The notes under the pieces were generated by a model. It saw nothing but the letters and a program-made list of their open reading frames with translations. It ran no database searches and had not been told where the DNA came from. Of a DNA stretch of 64,000 bases, positions 12,283-24,696 are shown in pieces. The DNA lies in assembly GCA_013239625.1 (NCBI GenBank), contig MU054187.1, forward strand, positions 4,661,757 through 4,725,756. Direction: 5' to 3'. A program made the translations under genes and the position numbers. The stretch's first letter is position 1. Every line of letters begins with the position of its first letter. This stretch comes from Lama guanicoe (taxonomy: Eukaryota).

Positions 12283-13762
12283 ACTCCAGAAGAAAATAGA
12301 GTGTCTTCATGACCTTAAGGTAGACAGAGATTGCTTACATAGGTTATAAAAATCATTGACCATAAATAAGGTAGTAAATCTTTTCTATGTCAAATTTTCT
12401 GTGAGGTCTCTCTCAGCAAGACCGAGAACAAGGAGCCACGTAGTTGTCCCCTTTGCTGGATGAAGAACAAGAGACAGGAGGGAAGGGGTTGCAACAGGAG
12501 CAGCTGCAGCAGGAAGCTTACCCTTCCCTCCCCTCCCCCTTCCCCCCTTGCCCCTCTCCCCTGCCTCCCTCCCCTTTCCCTTCCTTCCTCAGTGCTGCCA
12601 TTGAAGGCATCTGTTTCAAGCTCCCTCTAACACGGAGCCTTCTCTGAAAAGCAACTGTGGCCGTGTTGGCCTTGCTGTGCTGCACTGGGCCCCCTGAGTA
12701 TCAGCTGGGCGGGAAGGTTTCCTTGGCTCCTGCCCTGGTAACCTCGGTGTCCTTCCCCAGGGCCCCGCCCCCTGCAGTTGTGAGCTGGCCTTGGTTGGGG
12801 GTTCTGCCATGTGCCTTGTTCTCCACCACGGGATCTTTCTTCCACTACAGTGAGTGGAGGGCTAGGCTGCCCTTCCCTTTCCTGTTGGGTTTTGCATGTA
12901 CTGATTTGGGGAAAGTCCTGAAGGTGACTTCTGCCCCTGGCTAGTCTCTAGGGCTGATAGGATTCTCCCCGTTGGTCTTGTTGTGTGAGTCATTTCAGTG
13001 CAGATGTGGAACTGTGTTGGAGGGTATAGGTAGTTTGGCATATGAGCTTCAACTGTCATCTTATTCAGGAAGTCTCCATGTTGACGCATCATTGGTTATG
13101 TTTTCTGATATCCTTGATTGGAAAAAAGTCTTGAAAGATACAATGAGGTCCTAATTTTATGTAAAGGAAATTTTTATGTTCCCTAGGACCTTTATGAAAT
13201 AGGAAAAAGTGTAGAAATCATTCACTACATAGTTAATACAATAAAAAAAAAACTGTGGTTTAAATTACTTACCTTTAATATGGGGGATTAATTTTCCAAT
13301 CCAAAAATCTCTGAAGTGTGAACTGTGTTTTAGCCCCGTGGTCTAATTTAGATGTTGCGCTATCGAAATCTTGCAGTCTCTTCCCTAACCAGGTCCTCCT
13401 GAGTGTGGGTTCCGTGGGGGAAGAGACTTAGCCTCTGGGCCTCAGCAGGGCGGTCCCCACCGCGAGCTGTAAGGATGCTTGTGAGAAGCAGTCACGGGTG
13501 AGGGAGGGAGAAACAGGCTCGTTCTCACGAGAGAGGCTGCACCAGCTGCCAGCGTCTCGGCAGACGTCGTGAAAACACGTGTATGAACTATTTGCTACTG
13601 AATTCCTTAATCCTGTTTTTAAAATTAAGTATTTCCAGAGAGGTCATAGAAATGGCTCATTTTAAATTAAAAAAAAATCTTTTCCTAACACTCTGTAGGT
13701 TTTTGCTTTAAAGTAGTTTATGTTTGTATTCTGTTTTTATTCATGAACTGTACTGTTTAAAG

Positions 13763-13913
13763 GTTCTGTTCAGGTGAACATGAATACAGTGGATTACACA
13801 TAGTCCGACCTTCAACTGGGAAAATTGTGAATGAACTTTTCAAAGAGGCAAGGGAACATGGGGCCGTCCCTCTGAACGAAGCCACAAGGGCTTCAGGCGA
13901 TGACAAATCTAAG
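13763..13913 (+). CDS. UBXN2B: UBXN2B exon 3
   Basis: aag acceptor; FCSGEHEYSGLHIVRPSTGKIVNELFKEAREHGAVPLNEATRASGDDKSK; gtaag donor; 151 nt. Confidence 0.95.
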
Positions 13914-14109
13914 GTAAGTGCTGAATTTCAAAACTCGAGCATGCTGTTTATATGTTTGATCTCCTATTGATTTTTATATCATTTGCAAACGTTGTTTTTC
14001 TAACTTTATATTTTGATTCAAATATTTCCTTTATTTTTATAAGCCTATAGATTTTGTATTAAAGGTTGAAAGTTGAGGCAGTTTCTTACATTTCTATAAA
14101 ACTTCTCTG

Positions 14110-15440
14110 ATTACCATTTTATTTTGAAATAACTATAGATTCACAGAAATTTGCAAAAAGCATACAGAGAGACCTTGTTCACCCTTCGTGCAGTTTCCCC
14201 CAGTGTTATTGTTCAGTGGCAAAACCGGGAGATTTGTGCTGGTACAGGGCGTGTATGTAGTTCTGTGTAGATTTGTGTAGTTACCAGCTCAGTGTAGGTG
14301 CTGTTTCACCATCACAGAGGTCTCCCTCTTGGGGTACCCCTTCGTAGTCCCACCCGCCGCCCTCTCCCCCACCATCTCTGACCTCTGGCCCCCGCTATTC
14401 TGTTCTTCATCCCTGTCATTCTGTGATACTGAGATGGTTGCACAAATGGAATCACACAGTATGTGAGCTTTTGGAAGTAGCTTCTGTTCACCTTGCTAAC
14501 GCCCTCGAGATCCTGAACGTCACTGAGTGTCTCAATAGATTGTTCTTTTTCACTCCTGAGTAACACTCCTGGTGTGGATGTACCACAATTTGTTAACTGT
14601 TGGCTTGTTGAGGGACATTTTAAGTGTTTCCCGTTTGGGGCTATTGGAAATAGAGCTGCTGTGAGCAATTGTGCTTTTGTACATACACCAGTTTTTATTA
14701 CTCTGAGATGAATGCCCATGCGTGCAGTTGCTGGGTCGTATGGCATGTATATGTTTAGTTTTTCAAGAAAATGCTAAGCTGTGTTTCTCCGTGTATGAGA
14801 GCAGTTTCTCCACATCCTTGCCAGCGTTGGTAATGTCACTGTTTTCAATTTTGTCCGTCCTGATGGGTGTGTAGTGCTAACTCACTGTGGTTTTGATTTG
14901 CATTTCCTTAATGGCTAATCAGGTCAATTTTGATTTTCCTAATGGCTAGTCATATTGAATGTCTTTCCATGTGTTTATTTGCCATGATCTTTATTTTCCT
15001 CTTCAGACGTTCGCCCATTTTCAAGTTGGATCGTTTGTTTCGTTACTGTTGACTTCTGAGAGTTCTGTGCTTGTTTTAATAGGCATGAGTCCTCTGTCAG
15101 ATGCGTGGTTTCAAATGTTTTCTCCCAGACTGTAGCTTGTCTTTTCATCCTCTTTCCAGGGCTTGTCAGCTTATCCTTTTTTTCTTTTCTTTTATGGGTT
15201 ATTATGCTTTTGGTATCTCATCTGAGAACTCTTCATCTAACTGTAGGCCCCAGAGATCTTCTTCCATGTTACCTAGAAGATTTTATAGTGTTGCATTTTA
15301 CATTTGAACTTATGATTCATTTTGAGTTAATTTTCCATAAAGCTTACATCGAGGCTCATTATTCTCCTTCTGGATGTCCAATTGCTCCACCATCGTACGT
15401 TGAAAAAGCTCTCTTCTCTTTTGAACTGTTTTTGTGCCTT
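14110..15440 (-). mobile_element. Old L1M 3' segment
   Basis: Antisense L1 3'UTR/ORF2-end motifs (attttgaaataactatagattcacag, gttgctgggtcgtatgg, gtggttttgatttgcatttcctt). Confidence 0.75.
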
Positions 15441-15997
15441 CTTAAATTTCTATAAAACTTTTATAGAGCTTTTATAACCATATCCACTGACGTAGTACTG
15501 GTATAGTGAAGAAGACTTCAAGTGTCTTTTTGTGTATAATTACATATTCTTATAATTATTGTTCCCTCATCACAGTCACGTGGGGAGGTTTTCTAAACTG
15601 CCACCTGGCCTCAGATGTCGTGGTAGGTATTCAGTAGGTCTCCAGGGTGCCTAGGAAGCCTGTCGTAATTGTGACGGATCTCCACTGCTGAGGACCAGTT
15701 TTTAAAATAAAACATAAATTTTGGTTTTCATTTTGTTTGAAAGTTTCTTTCAGTGAAGTCTAAGGTAATTTTGGTTCTTGCAAGTTCTCTGATTCTGTGA
15801 GAAAAATGTGGAATTGATATAATTCAGTCTATAGAAAGGAAAGCAATATGATGATTAAAATCTCGTTAATGGTATGAATGGTGATTAAAAGGAATGGCAT
15901 TTTTACCCCATAAGCTGTCTTACCTGAAAAAATGAAGAGCTTGTGATGGGTATAACAAAAGTACAGCCTGGTTGATTTATTACAGTAATCAGAGCAA

Positions 15998-16103
15998 CTT
16001 ATTTATTTATTTATTCATTTTTTTAATGGAGGTGCTGGGGATTGAACCTAGGACCTTGTGCATGCTAAGCATGCGCTCTGCCACTGAGCTATAATCCACC
16101 CCA
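15998..16103 (-). mobile_element. tRNA-derived SINE (camelid type)
   Basis: ggaggtgctggggattgaacctaggaccttgtgcatgctaagcatgcgctctgccactgagctata, preceded by a (ttta)n tail. Confidence 0.85.
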
Positions 16104-16570
16104 AGCTTATACAACAATATGTATAGCACTTTCCTTCAGGGTAATTTATACTCACGTGTAAAATTCTTCCTTTCTCTATGAAACTTTTATTTGCTTTGTG
16201 AAATATGATTCAAGAATTATAATTTTTATTATAAGATTTGTCAAAATCTTAGTGGTGTTTTTCTAAAGTCTGTTTCTACTTGAAAATAGTATTTCAGTGT
16301 ATAAATGTATTTCTTACTTTAAGATTGGCCTAAGTTATTTCAGCTTCTGAGTCATTAATGTTTTGGTGGGAAGAAACATAATTTCTTACTAGAGTACAAT
16401 TCTCTGTAACATAAGACCTTTATTTTAATATAAAAATGTCCTGGAAAGTATAAACCAGTTTAGCTAATTACAGCTGATCTCATTTTAAAATACATGTATA
16501 GCACCCATTATCATAACATTTTGCTTAATAAGCCTTATTGAGTTTTTAGCTCATTTGCTGTGTATTTTAG

Positions 16571-16654
16571 TCTTTTACAGGTGGAGGCTACAGATTGGGT
16601 AACTCCTTTTGTAAGCGGTCTGAATACATCTATGGAGAAAATCAGTTGCAAGAT
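16571..16654 (+). CDS. UBXN2B: UBXN2B exon 4
   Basis: ttttag acceptor; SFTGGGYRLGNSFCKRSEYIYGENQLQD; gtagg donor; 84 nt. Confidence 0.95.
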
Positions 16655-17450
16655 GTAGGTACAGTAATGAAAATGCAAAGTTATAGGTTTTTGCCTGTAA
16701 TTACTACTATGTTTTATAAAATTTAAAATTGAGAATATAAATAGAATCTCCTTTTGTTCTGTTATTTTTCAAAGCATGAGTTAGGGACTGGTATCTAAGC
16801 ATCAGGCTCAGATTTTGTGTTTTGCGTCTCGGTTATGCCTTGCACTTAGAGATGCACAACTATTGGTTCAAAGAACATTAAGACTCATTGTCAAACGAGC
16901 CTACGTGTGTGTTATAATAATTATTACAAATGGCATACTGTCATGGTACAGAATTAGCTGAGTTATAAAGATAGAAATGCCTAAAGTCATTCTTTGTTTC
17001 TGCCTTTTGAAATCATGGGGTCGTCATTTCATTTTAAACATGTATAGTTTAGCCTTGAGGGCCCCTGGAGATCCTGTCCTGCCCCTTGCCGTGAGTGTTT
17101 GAGCTCTGCAGCTGAGAGGAACCTGGGCACGGGTGACAGGGAAGGCAGGTGTGCAGTGGCAGCTGGGTGCTCGTGTGACTGTTTTCCTCGGTGAACCGGA
17201 AGTAATTGTGTACTTCAAGGCCAGGGTCCTGCGGTGGGACCTTTCTGTTTCAGCCATCGTCAGTTTGTTAAGCTAAATACAGAGCTGCTAAGTAGACACA
17301 CGTGGTTTTACTTAGGTCTTTATTTTAGCTGCGTAAGGAAAACTACCGGTAACTCCATATTTTAAATAAAGTAAATTGTAAATATGTTTGAAAATTGAAA
17401 TTGTTTAATGCAGACGGGTGCTTATGTTTCTCTTCTTCCTGTCTCGAAAG

Positions 17451-17560
17451 GTTCAGGTTTTGCTTAAGCTGTGGAGCAATGGTTTCAGTTTAGACGACGG
17501 AGAATTGAGACCTTACAGTGACCCAACAAATGCTCAGTTTCTGGAGTCTGTTAAGAGAGG
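17451..17560 (+). CDS. UBXN2B: UBXN2B exon 5 (start of SEP domain)
   Basis: [36 protein letters not shown](G); gtaag donor; 110 nt. Confidence 0.96.
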
Positions 17561-18857
17561 GTAAGATGTATTATTTGTATTCTGTTTGTTGCTGAGGGCG
17601 AGACTTTTTTTAAAAACAAACAGACCGCCATTCAGTAGTGTTCCGTGGGTTTTTAATTGGTTACTGGAATATGTTTTGTAAGTGGTTGCTGGGGGAAGGG
17701 TGTTTTTACGTGTATAAAGGGTATTATACATGTATATGTATTTATACGTATGAAAGTATATATGTGTATATTTTTATGTATATAAATCCTTTATGTATCT
17801 GTAAGTCACTGGTTCTTAACATGGTGCGGGAGGAGCAGTAGACATTGGTCCTTTCTAAAATCTGGTGAAGCCGTGGTCCCAATCCTGAGAATAAGCACGG
17901 TGATGTAGTAAGTGAGCTGATCAGCAGGAAGCTGCCCGTCCGCTAAGCCACTGCCCTGCTCACCGCAGACAGGGTAACTCTCATTGCACGTGGGCCTCAA
18001 ATTCAGCCACTTATATTAGAAATAAAGTGGCATTACTGCTGGCAGAAGATTTCAGAATGTTAGTTTGAGGTTATAATTTGTGTAAGTAAACCAGACTGAA
18101 CAATGCTCTGACCCATCTAAAGAACATTGTAACTCACCAGCCCTCTTGTAAAGGACAAAGAATCAAGTGATTTTGCTGTGTTTTTATAAAAACTTTACTG
18201 CCTTCTGCTTTCACTAGCTGCCAGTGTGATCACCCCTTAGTAGAAATACAAGTGAAGACACTGGGTTGGTGAGAACTGAGAGGTTCACACAGCAGTGAAG
18301 GGACTGGAACAGGAGGTATACTCCATCCAGGAGCTGAAGGCGGGGCTTTTCCAAGTGATGAAGTCTGTCCAGGGAGAGGGGCTGAAGTGGAGTGGAGCTG
18401 AAACTCATCGGAGTTGAGGGAATCAAGGAACTGTAAAGGAAAGGCATTTTAGAACACTAACTAGCATGGATTTTGAGTTTGAATTTTACAAGGATAATGT
18501 CAGAAAAGCAAAGAAAGGCAAGAAATGTAAGCAGATGCAGAAGTCATGAAGACAGGTGGGAGGGTGTCCTGGGAGGCAGTGGTGGTGATAAGTACAAGGA
18601 TCAATACAAGGATGTGGACTTGGGAGCCTGCAGGGTCACTGGGAGAGCCGGGGGCCAGGGTAGGGGGAGAGTCCATCTGCCAGGAGAAGGTCAGTGTTAC
18701 TGTTGAAATTGACGCCTACTTCAAGGTGGTAGAAGAAAAAACATGTTGGTGGCGAATGTGCTATAATACAGATCAAAACTAATTTGCTGCTAAATGAAAA
18801 CATTTGACAAGCTTTGTAAGCTAATGTTCAACCATGGTATGCTAAAGGAATTTTTTT

Positions 18858-18974
18858 AACTTTTATTTATTAAAGTATAGGGGTTTTTTTTTTCCTAATG
18901 GATGTACTGGGGATTGAACCCAGGACCTCATGCATGTTAAGCACACACTCTACCACTGAGCTATTACCCACCCC
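18858..18974 (-). mobile_element. tRNA-derived SINE (camelid type)
   Basis: gtactggggattgaacccaggacctcatgcatgttaagcacacactctaccactgagcta; imperfect TSD aaaggaattttt / aaaagaactttt. Confidence 0.85.
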
Positions 18975-20134
18975 AAAAGAACTTTTTTATTTGAGCTACA
19001 CCACACCCTCAAGTACAAATTATCATCGAGAACAGTTTTAGAAAAGACTCCTTGAAAAAAATGATTGATGTCACACAGTGGTTGTCAGCTGTATAATCAT
19101 TGTCCCCTGGTTACAAGAAACATTTTGTAGCACAGTCTTCACTATCCTCAAAGAAGAATTTATAGATAATATAACCTATCTATGCATATTATTTCCAAAA
19201 AATTCATATAAAATTTATTTTAAATATGATGACATAAAGGAAGATAATTTACCACAAAATTACACATATTTCAATTTGTAAATGCCCAGGTATGACCATG
19301 CCAGATGACATAATGAAGCAGTCAGATAGTTCACACCAAGTGCAGTCCAGCACTTCTCATGTTGATGTGACAAACACACAAACAGAATAATGATGTGTAG
19401 GCAGTTGGCAGCTTAATTACTGTATAAGTGGCATTGCAGTCCAGGACTTGGTAAAGTTCCAAACAAAACAAAGTGCAGTCTTCCTTCAGTTTATGGCAGA
19501 TGAGTTCCTGAAAATTTCAAAGCATATTAATACAATATTAAAAGAATAAATAACAACATTTGCTTATGTGTAAGACAGAGCCTAAGCCTTAAGTTTCAGC
19601 CTCAGATGTTATAAACAGCATGGTCCTCCGTGGGAACCTCTGGCAGGGCCCTCAGTGGTTCCCTGGAAGTTGAGCCAGATTTTCCTTGTGCAGGGTGGTC
19701 CCCCTGGCTTGAGCATCTCCCACCCCGGTGCAGACTGCGAGGGAGGGCGGCACTCACAAATCACACGACACTCAAATTCCCAACTTCCTGCAGGAATTTA
19801 GAAATCAGTTTGTGCGTTAATTGCTCTGCCCACATAGGAATTTCCTAGTGCTGACTTCGGGCTGAGCTGCCGTCTTGCAGTTCATCTTCCTAAACATCAG
19901 AAGGGCTCCAGGTTCGCCGGGACGCTGGGAGTCCCTCTCGTGGAGAATCACTACGGATAGTGTGATGTGACCCTAAGGGAGAAATACCTGCAGGGGCTAA
20001 TCAGGCATCACAGAAATTTTTAAATTATAAATTAAGCAAAAATTGCTGTTTTCAGTCTCACAGCTTAACCACCCAGCAGTCTCAACAGTGTAGGCTCATT
20101 TTTCAAAACAATAAAACGTCCTTCCGTTTTTAAG

Positions 20135-20272
20135 AGAGATTCCCGTGGAGCTTCAGCGCCTGGTTCACGGAGGCCACGTGAATTTGGACATGGAGGACCA
20201 CCAGGACCAAGAGTACATCAGACCTCGACTGAGGTTCAAGGCTTTCAGTGGAGAGGGGCAAAAACTTGGGAG
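20135..20272 (+). CDS. UBXN2B: UBXN2B exon 6 (SEP end, SHP-box-like FSGEGQKLG)
   Basis: [45 protein letters not shown](S); gtaaa donor; 138 nt. Confidence 0.96.
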
Positions 20273-21654
20273 GTAAAATCCTAAAATGAGGAAAATACTT
20301 GTCGTTGTTCAACGTGAATTTTCTTTGAAAATAAGAAAAGCAAAGTAGCCTAGAAAGTAAGAACTAAAGAATGAGCTGTGAAGACCTTGCTGCTGGAATT
20401 GGACGTGCGGATCTGGGGGTAGTACTGGTAGCTGGCGCTGAGGTGGCACTTTCACACGCTCTAACTCGTTCGGTCTTCACAGCAGCTGCCTGACACGGAT
20501 GCTGTCAGTGCTCCGCTTGCAGCTGCAGTGACGAGCCCGGGCAGCTGGGCCCGGAGGTGGGCGGGTGTGCGAGTCAGCCAGGCCCCCTGGCCCCGGCGCC
20601 TGCGCTCTCCGGTGCTGTGCCATCCTGCCCTCTCTGATGGCGACTGCTGGGTTCAGAGGGGGATACTGTAGAGGGTTGTTGATTAGGTGCAGCAGTAGTT
20701 TTCTTAGCTCACAGCTGTAAGCATGCCTGTCTGCCGTGAGTAATTATTAAGCTCCTGCAGCAAAAGCAATGCGCTTAAGTTGGTTGTTTTCAATATATTT
20801 TAAGCAGGCAAACTCTTCAAGTTATGGTAACACACAGAGAGCCTGAGCTCCTTCATTTGTAGGAAGAGAGGATCGTCTCAGACATTTCCAGAGAACCCTA
20901 GGACTCGGCCAAGCACATTTAGAAGCCAGTCTGCTTGGTATAACGTACAAAGGGGCTCCTTTGTAATAGCCATGGCTGACTCTCCATAAACCTTGTGAAG
21001 TAGGCTGGTGCACGTGGCCCTCTGCTTGTCCACACGTCACTGCAGGTGGCATGTTGAATGGTGGCACTGGCTGTGTTTCCCAAGGTACCTACCTTCTGTG
21101 CCTCCTTTGTTCCTTTTCATGTCTTTCCTTCCATTCCGAGCTCCTTTCTGTTGGCTTGTGCACTCTGTTCCCTCTTGCCTTCTTGTTTCTCAACGTGGGA
21201 AAGAATTCCATGTTATCAGTTCTTTACGCTTGTCTTTGATGTCTCAGGTCTCCCTTTCTGTATCATTTTCTGCAGCTAGAGACTGATTTCTGAGACGTGG
21301 AGAATACAGAACATGTGTTGACCTGGCTCTTTTTAGGACCCAGATCCTCTAGTGCCCAAGCCCAGGGCTACTTGGAAACTTTCTCCTTTGTCTCTCTCTA
21401 CTACCAACACAGCTAGGCTTCTCCTGGGTTCTGTTTTTTCCCTCGTTTTGACTTTAGTATGACCCCCGGATTTTTTTTTTAAATATTTGCTAGCTCTTCT
21501 TATTTTTACTTAATATTTATTCAGATTATGATTTTTAATTAAAACACAGATAAAATGCCCAGTCATCTCTGTGCTTCATACATATTCTTTCTCTATTATT
21601 TAAATTTGTGACCAAGCATTAATGTTAGAATGCACGTCTTTGTTAGTAGAAGGA

Positions 21655-21869
21655 CAGTTAACCCTTGAACAACATAGGGGCTGGGGAACTGACCCTCCAA
21701 GCAGTTGGAACTCCTCTCGTAGCTTATAATTGGCTCTCTGTACCCACGATTCCCCATCTCGGAGTCAACCAGCCGCAGATCGTGTAGTGCTCTGGCATTT
21801 GCTATGGAAGAAAATCCGCGTGTACGTGGACCTGCCCAGTTCAAACTCATGATGTTCAAGGGTCAACTG
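21655..21869. mobile_element. Non-autonomous Tigger2/MER8-type DNA transposon (MITE)
   Basis: Terminal inverted repeats CAGTTAACCCTTGAACA ... TGTTCAAGGGTCAACTG, followed by TA. Confidence 0.8.
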
Positions 21870-22428
21870 TATAGTAAACCTACAACTGAAATTGAAGAAG
21901 GTTGCCTAAAGGGAAGATCGCCAAGAAGACCCAGTGATTATAATTGGCAATTTGAACTCATGAAAATAAGGATTTATTATCTGATCATAGTATCTTACAA
22001 CGGCCAGCCTTTTTCTTTGTCAGGCAGATAGCTAGAGAAAATGACCCCCAAAAAAGAGAGAGAGAAAGCGATGGGGAGAATGACCGATAGAAGAGGCAGT
22101 GGTGCTGTGATGATCATTAGCCGCTTTGGTCAAGGTGTTTGATTGTAGAAAACAGGGATAAAGGAGGAAGGAATACAGAGTACAGATCTCTTTAAAAGAG
22201 ATCGTGTAAGCTAAATCAGAATCGTAGGATCCAGTATTTTCACATAATGAAAGAGGTTGGGAGAGGTAGAGGAAACTCCAGGGAAGCCCTGTTCTCACTG
22301 GTCAGAAGCCGGAGGCACAGGAACTCGAGAGCCAGCTGCAGGGCCAGTGGTGGGTCTGCCGCCTTCAGTTCATCATGCGTCTTATGTCTTTAGATTTATG
22401 TTCTGATTCTTTAATTCTTCCTTCTTAG

Positions 22429-22590
22429 CCTTACGCCCGAAATAGTCAGTACGCCTTCCTCCCCAGAAGAGGAGGAGAAGTCACTACTGAACGCAGTTGT
22501 CCTCATTGATGATTCAGTGCCAACGACAAAAATTCAGGTCAGGTTAGCAGATGGGAGCCGTTTGATACAAAGATTCAATAGCACACACAG
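22429..22590 (+). CDS. UBXN2B: UBXN2B exon 7 (start of UBX domain)
   Basis: LTPEIVSTPSSPEEEEKSLLNAVVLIDDSVPTTKIQVRLADGSRLIQRFNSTH(R); gtaag donor; 162 nt. Confidence 0.96.
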
Positions 22591-23564
22591 GTAAGCTTGT
22601 GGTTACTTGTCTGTGTAAAACCGCGTGCGGCTTGTGTCATGAAGAATATGAAATTCTTTAGATTTACTTTTGAAGGTAGTTTTTGACAGAAGGCAAAAAC
22701 TTTAAAAGGATGACAGCTGTGTGTGAGAACTGAAACACTTAGTGTTTAAACATCCTCTTTAAACGGCCCAAATCCTAATGCAGATCCAGACACCACTCAG
22801 AAGTAGAGCTGTTAGAAGCTGCAGCTCTGCACTGTTGTGCTAACGCCACGGGAAGCTGCAGCAGACTAGGTTTACGCTAGTAAAGCCTTATTTGCACTTG
22901 ACTCGTTTAAAAAACTAATGGTAACCCTGACTGGGATTAACTTTCTACATGACAGACTCTTTATAACATAAATTTATAGTGTAAAGTTTATTGTGTTCTT
23001 GTCAAGTACTTCAAATAAATGATTTTAAACATAATTTTAACGTTTGTTTGTACATTTGTTGTGCTTGTAAGATATTATTTGTTCATTGTATCCCTCTAAG
23101 AGGTAATGTTTATGATCTTAGCTGAGTTTCTATGTATGTGCGAAAGTAATTTTTTTTAATTATTCTTATAACTTACACTTCATAGTTATAGACTCATGTT
23201 GACACAGGCCAATCCAAGGTACCTTTTTCTGGGTCATGTGCTGCTGAGATACTTCATACTCTGAAAAAAAACAGGACCTGCACTTTCAGGGTAGTAACAT
23301 TGTTGACATTTATTTTTAATGCATAACTTACCTTAAAGATTGTATCTGTTTACGGTGAAAGGAACTGTTAGGGACGCTCCAAAATTAATCCTCATGTATT
23401 ATCTGCAAGTCAAGATAAATCCATTCATTAAAGAAAGTTACAACACATTTAAATAAGGATTAGTTAGAATTGTGCAATTTTATTATTATTATCTAGTTTT
23501 AGCTAAAAGCTTCCAAGACAGTAACACTCCCGTATCACACATTATTTTTATCTTACTTCTTCAG

Positions 23565-23727
23565 GATCCTGGATGTCCGGGACTTTATTGTACAGTCCCG
23601 TCCTGAATTTGCAGCTCTTGACTTTACTCTCGTGACTTCGTTTCCAAACAGAGAGTTAGCAGATGAAAACCTGACGCTGCAGGAAGCAGACATTCTCAAC
23701 ACTGTGGTCCTCCAGCAGCTGAAGTAG
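23565..23727 (+). CDS. UBXN2B: UBXN2B exon 8, coding part (UBX domain to stop)
   Basis: ILDVRDFIVQSRPEFAALDFTLVTSFPNRELADENLTLQEADILNTVVLQQLK*; TAG 23725-23727; total CDS 1005 nt = 334 aa. Confidence 0.96.
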
Positions 23728-24696
23728 CGCTGCTCCCGTCCCCGCGGTGGCGCGTCGGTCGGATGGTGCGCCGTGTCAGTGAGGAAGACACTTAGAGCAA
23801 AAAAAAGTTATTTTTATTATTTATACAGATAAACTTGGGGTTTATTCTTATCCTTTCTTCCAGCTTTGGTATAGACGAATTTGGGCTCAGAATCGATCTC
23901 GAAGATAAAAATGTTTGAGGTTTTCGTTACAAGGGCTGGCTTCTGGTGATAGCTTTTAAATATTCAGGCAAATCAGTTTGTTCCGTGCTCAGAATTAATG
24001 TCACAGCATTTGTTTGCAGAGAAAATGAACAAAACCCCATTCTGATAAATGCATTTGATAAAATTTGCACTAAAGTTTCTTAATGCTGCCTTGATTAACA
24101 GCCATTCAGAAATCTTCTGACAAAATAATTTGAAAATTTTTCTGTAATGTATACTGAAAAGTATCCAAAATCGGATTTTGAAATACTTTGATCATACAAT
24201 AATTACTTCTCCTATGAAGATTTTACACGTCCTTTTTACTTGCTGATTTAGCTGTATTCCTCACGTCAGAAAATACAGTTTAGCTTGGTATTTTGCAGAA
24301 CTATGACCATCATAAACTAGAAACAAAGACACAGGGTCAGCAGTTCTTGAGAAGATGTGCTAAAAGCACTGCAGAGTGGAGTGGTTACAGTCCCTCTCAG
24401 CCTGCCTTGATCACCTTCGTTTATTCATTCAACACGTGGGACCCACTAGGGGACCCACTATGAATACTAAGCACTGTTCTAAGTGCTCAACCCAGAATAT
24501 TCTCTACGCCAGGACAAAACGAGTTCAGAAATACAGAGATGTAAATTCTGTCAGCCGGACTGGACCTGAAGGGTTCCCAGCGTGAACGTGCACTTCTGCT
24601 GAAGCCTGGGGCCTCCTCAGCGAGGGGCTACAGCAGGACTGAGAGAGAAGCCTGTCTTCTTCCCGGACACCTTGCGTCTTTGGGCACTGCTCCTGG

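Noticed and set aside
12400..13170. GC-richer intronic block with a polypyrimidine tract and several short ORFs
   Set aside because: Could be an old repeat or regulatory element, but I cannot assign a family, splice pattern or protein similarity.
14312..14746. 144-aa ORF resembling a protein C-terminus (PYDPA..LFPIAPNGKHLKCPS)
   Set aside because: Degenerate L1 ORF2 end / 3'UTR, part of the L1M remnant.
18730..19960. Possible nested DNA-transposon remnants in UBXN2B intron 5
   Set aside because: Only a hAT-like end (gagaatcact ~19950) is recognisable; boundaries and family cannot be supported without a repeat search.
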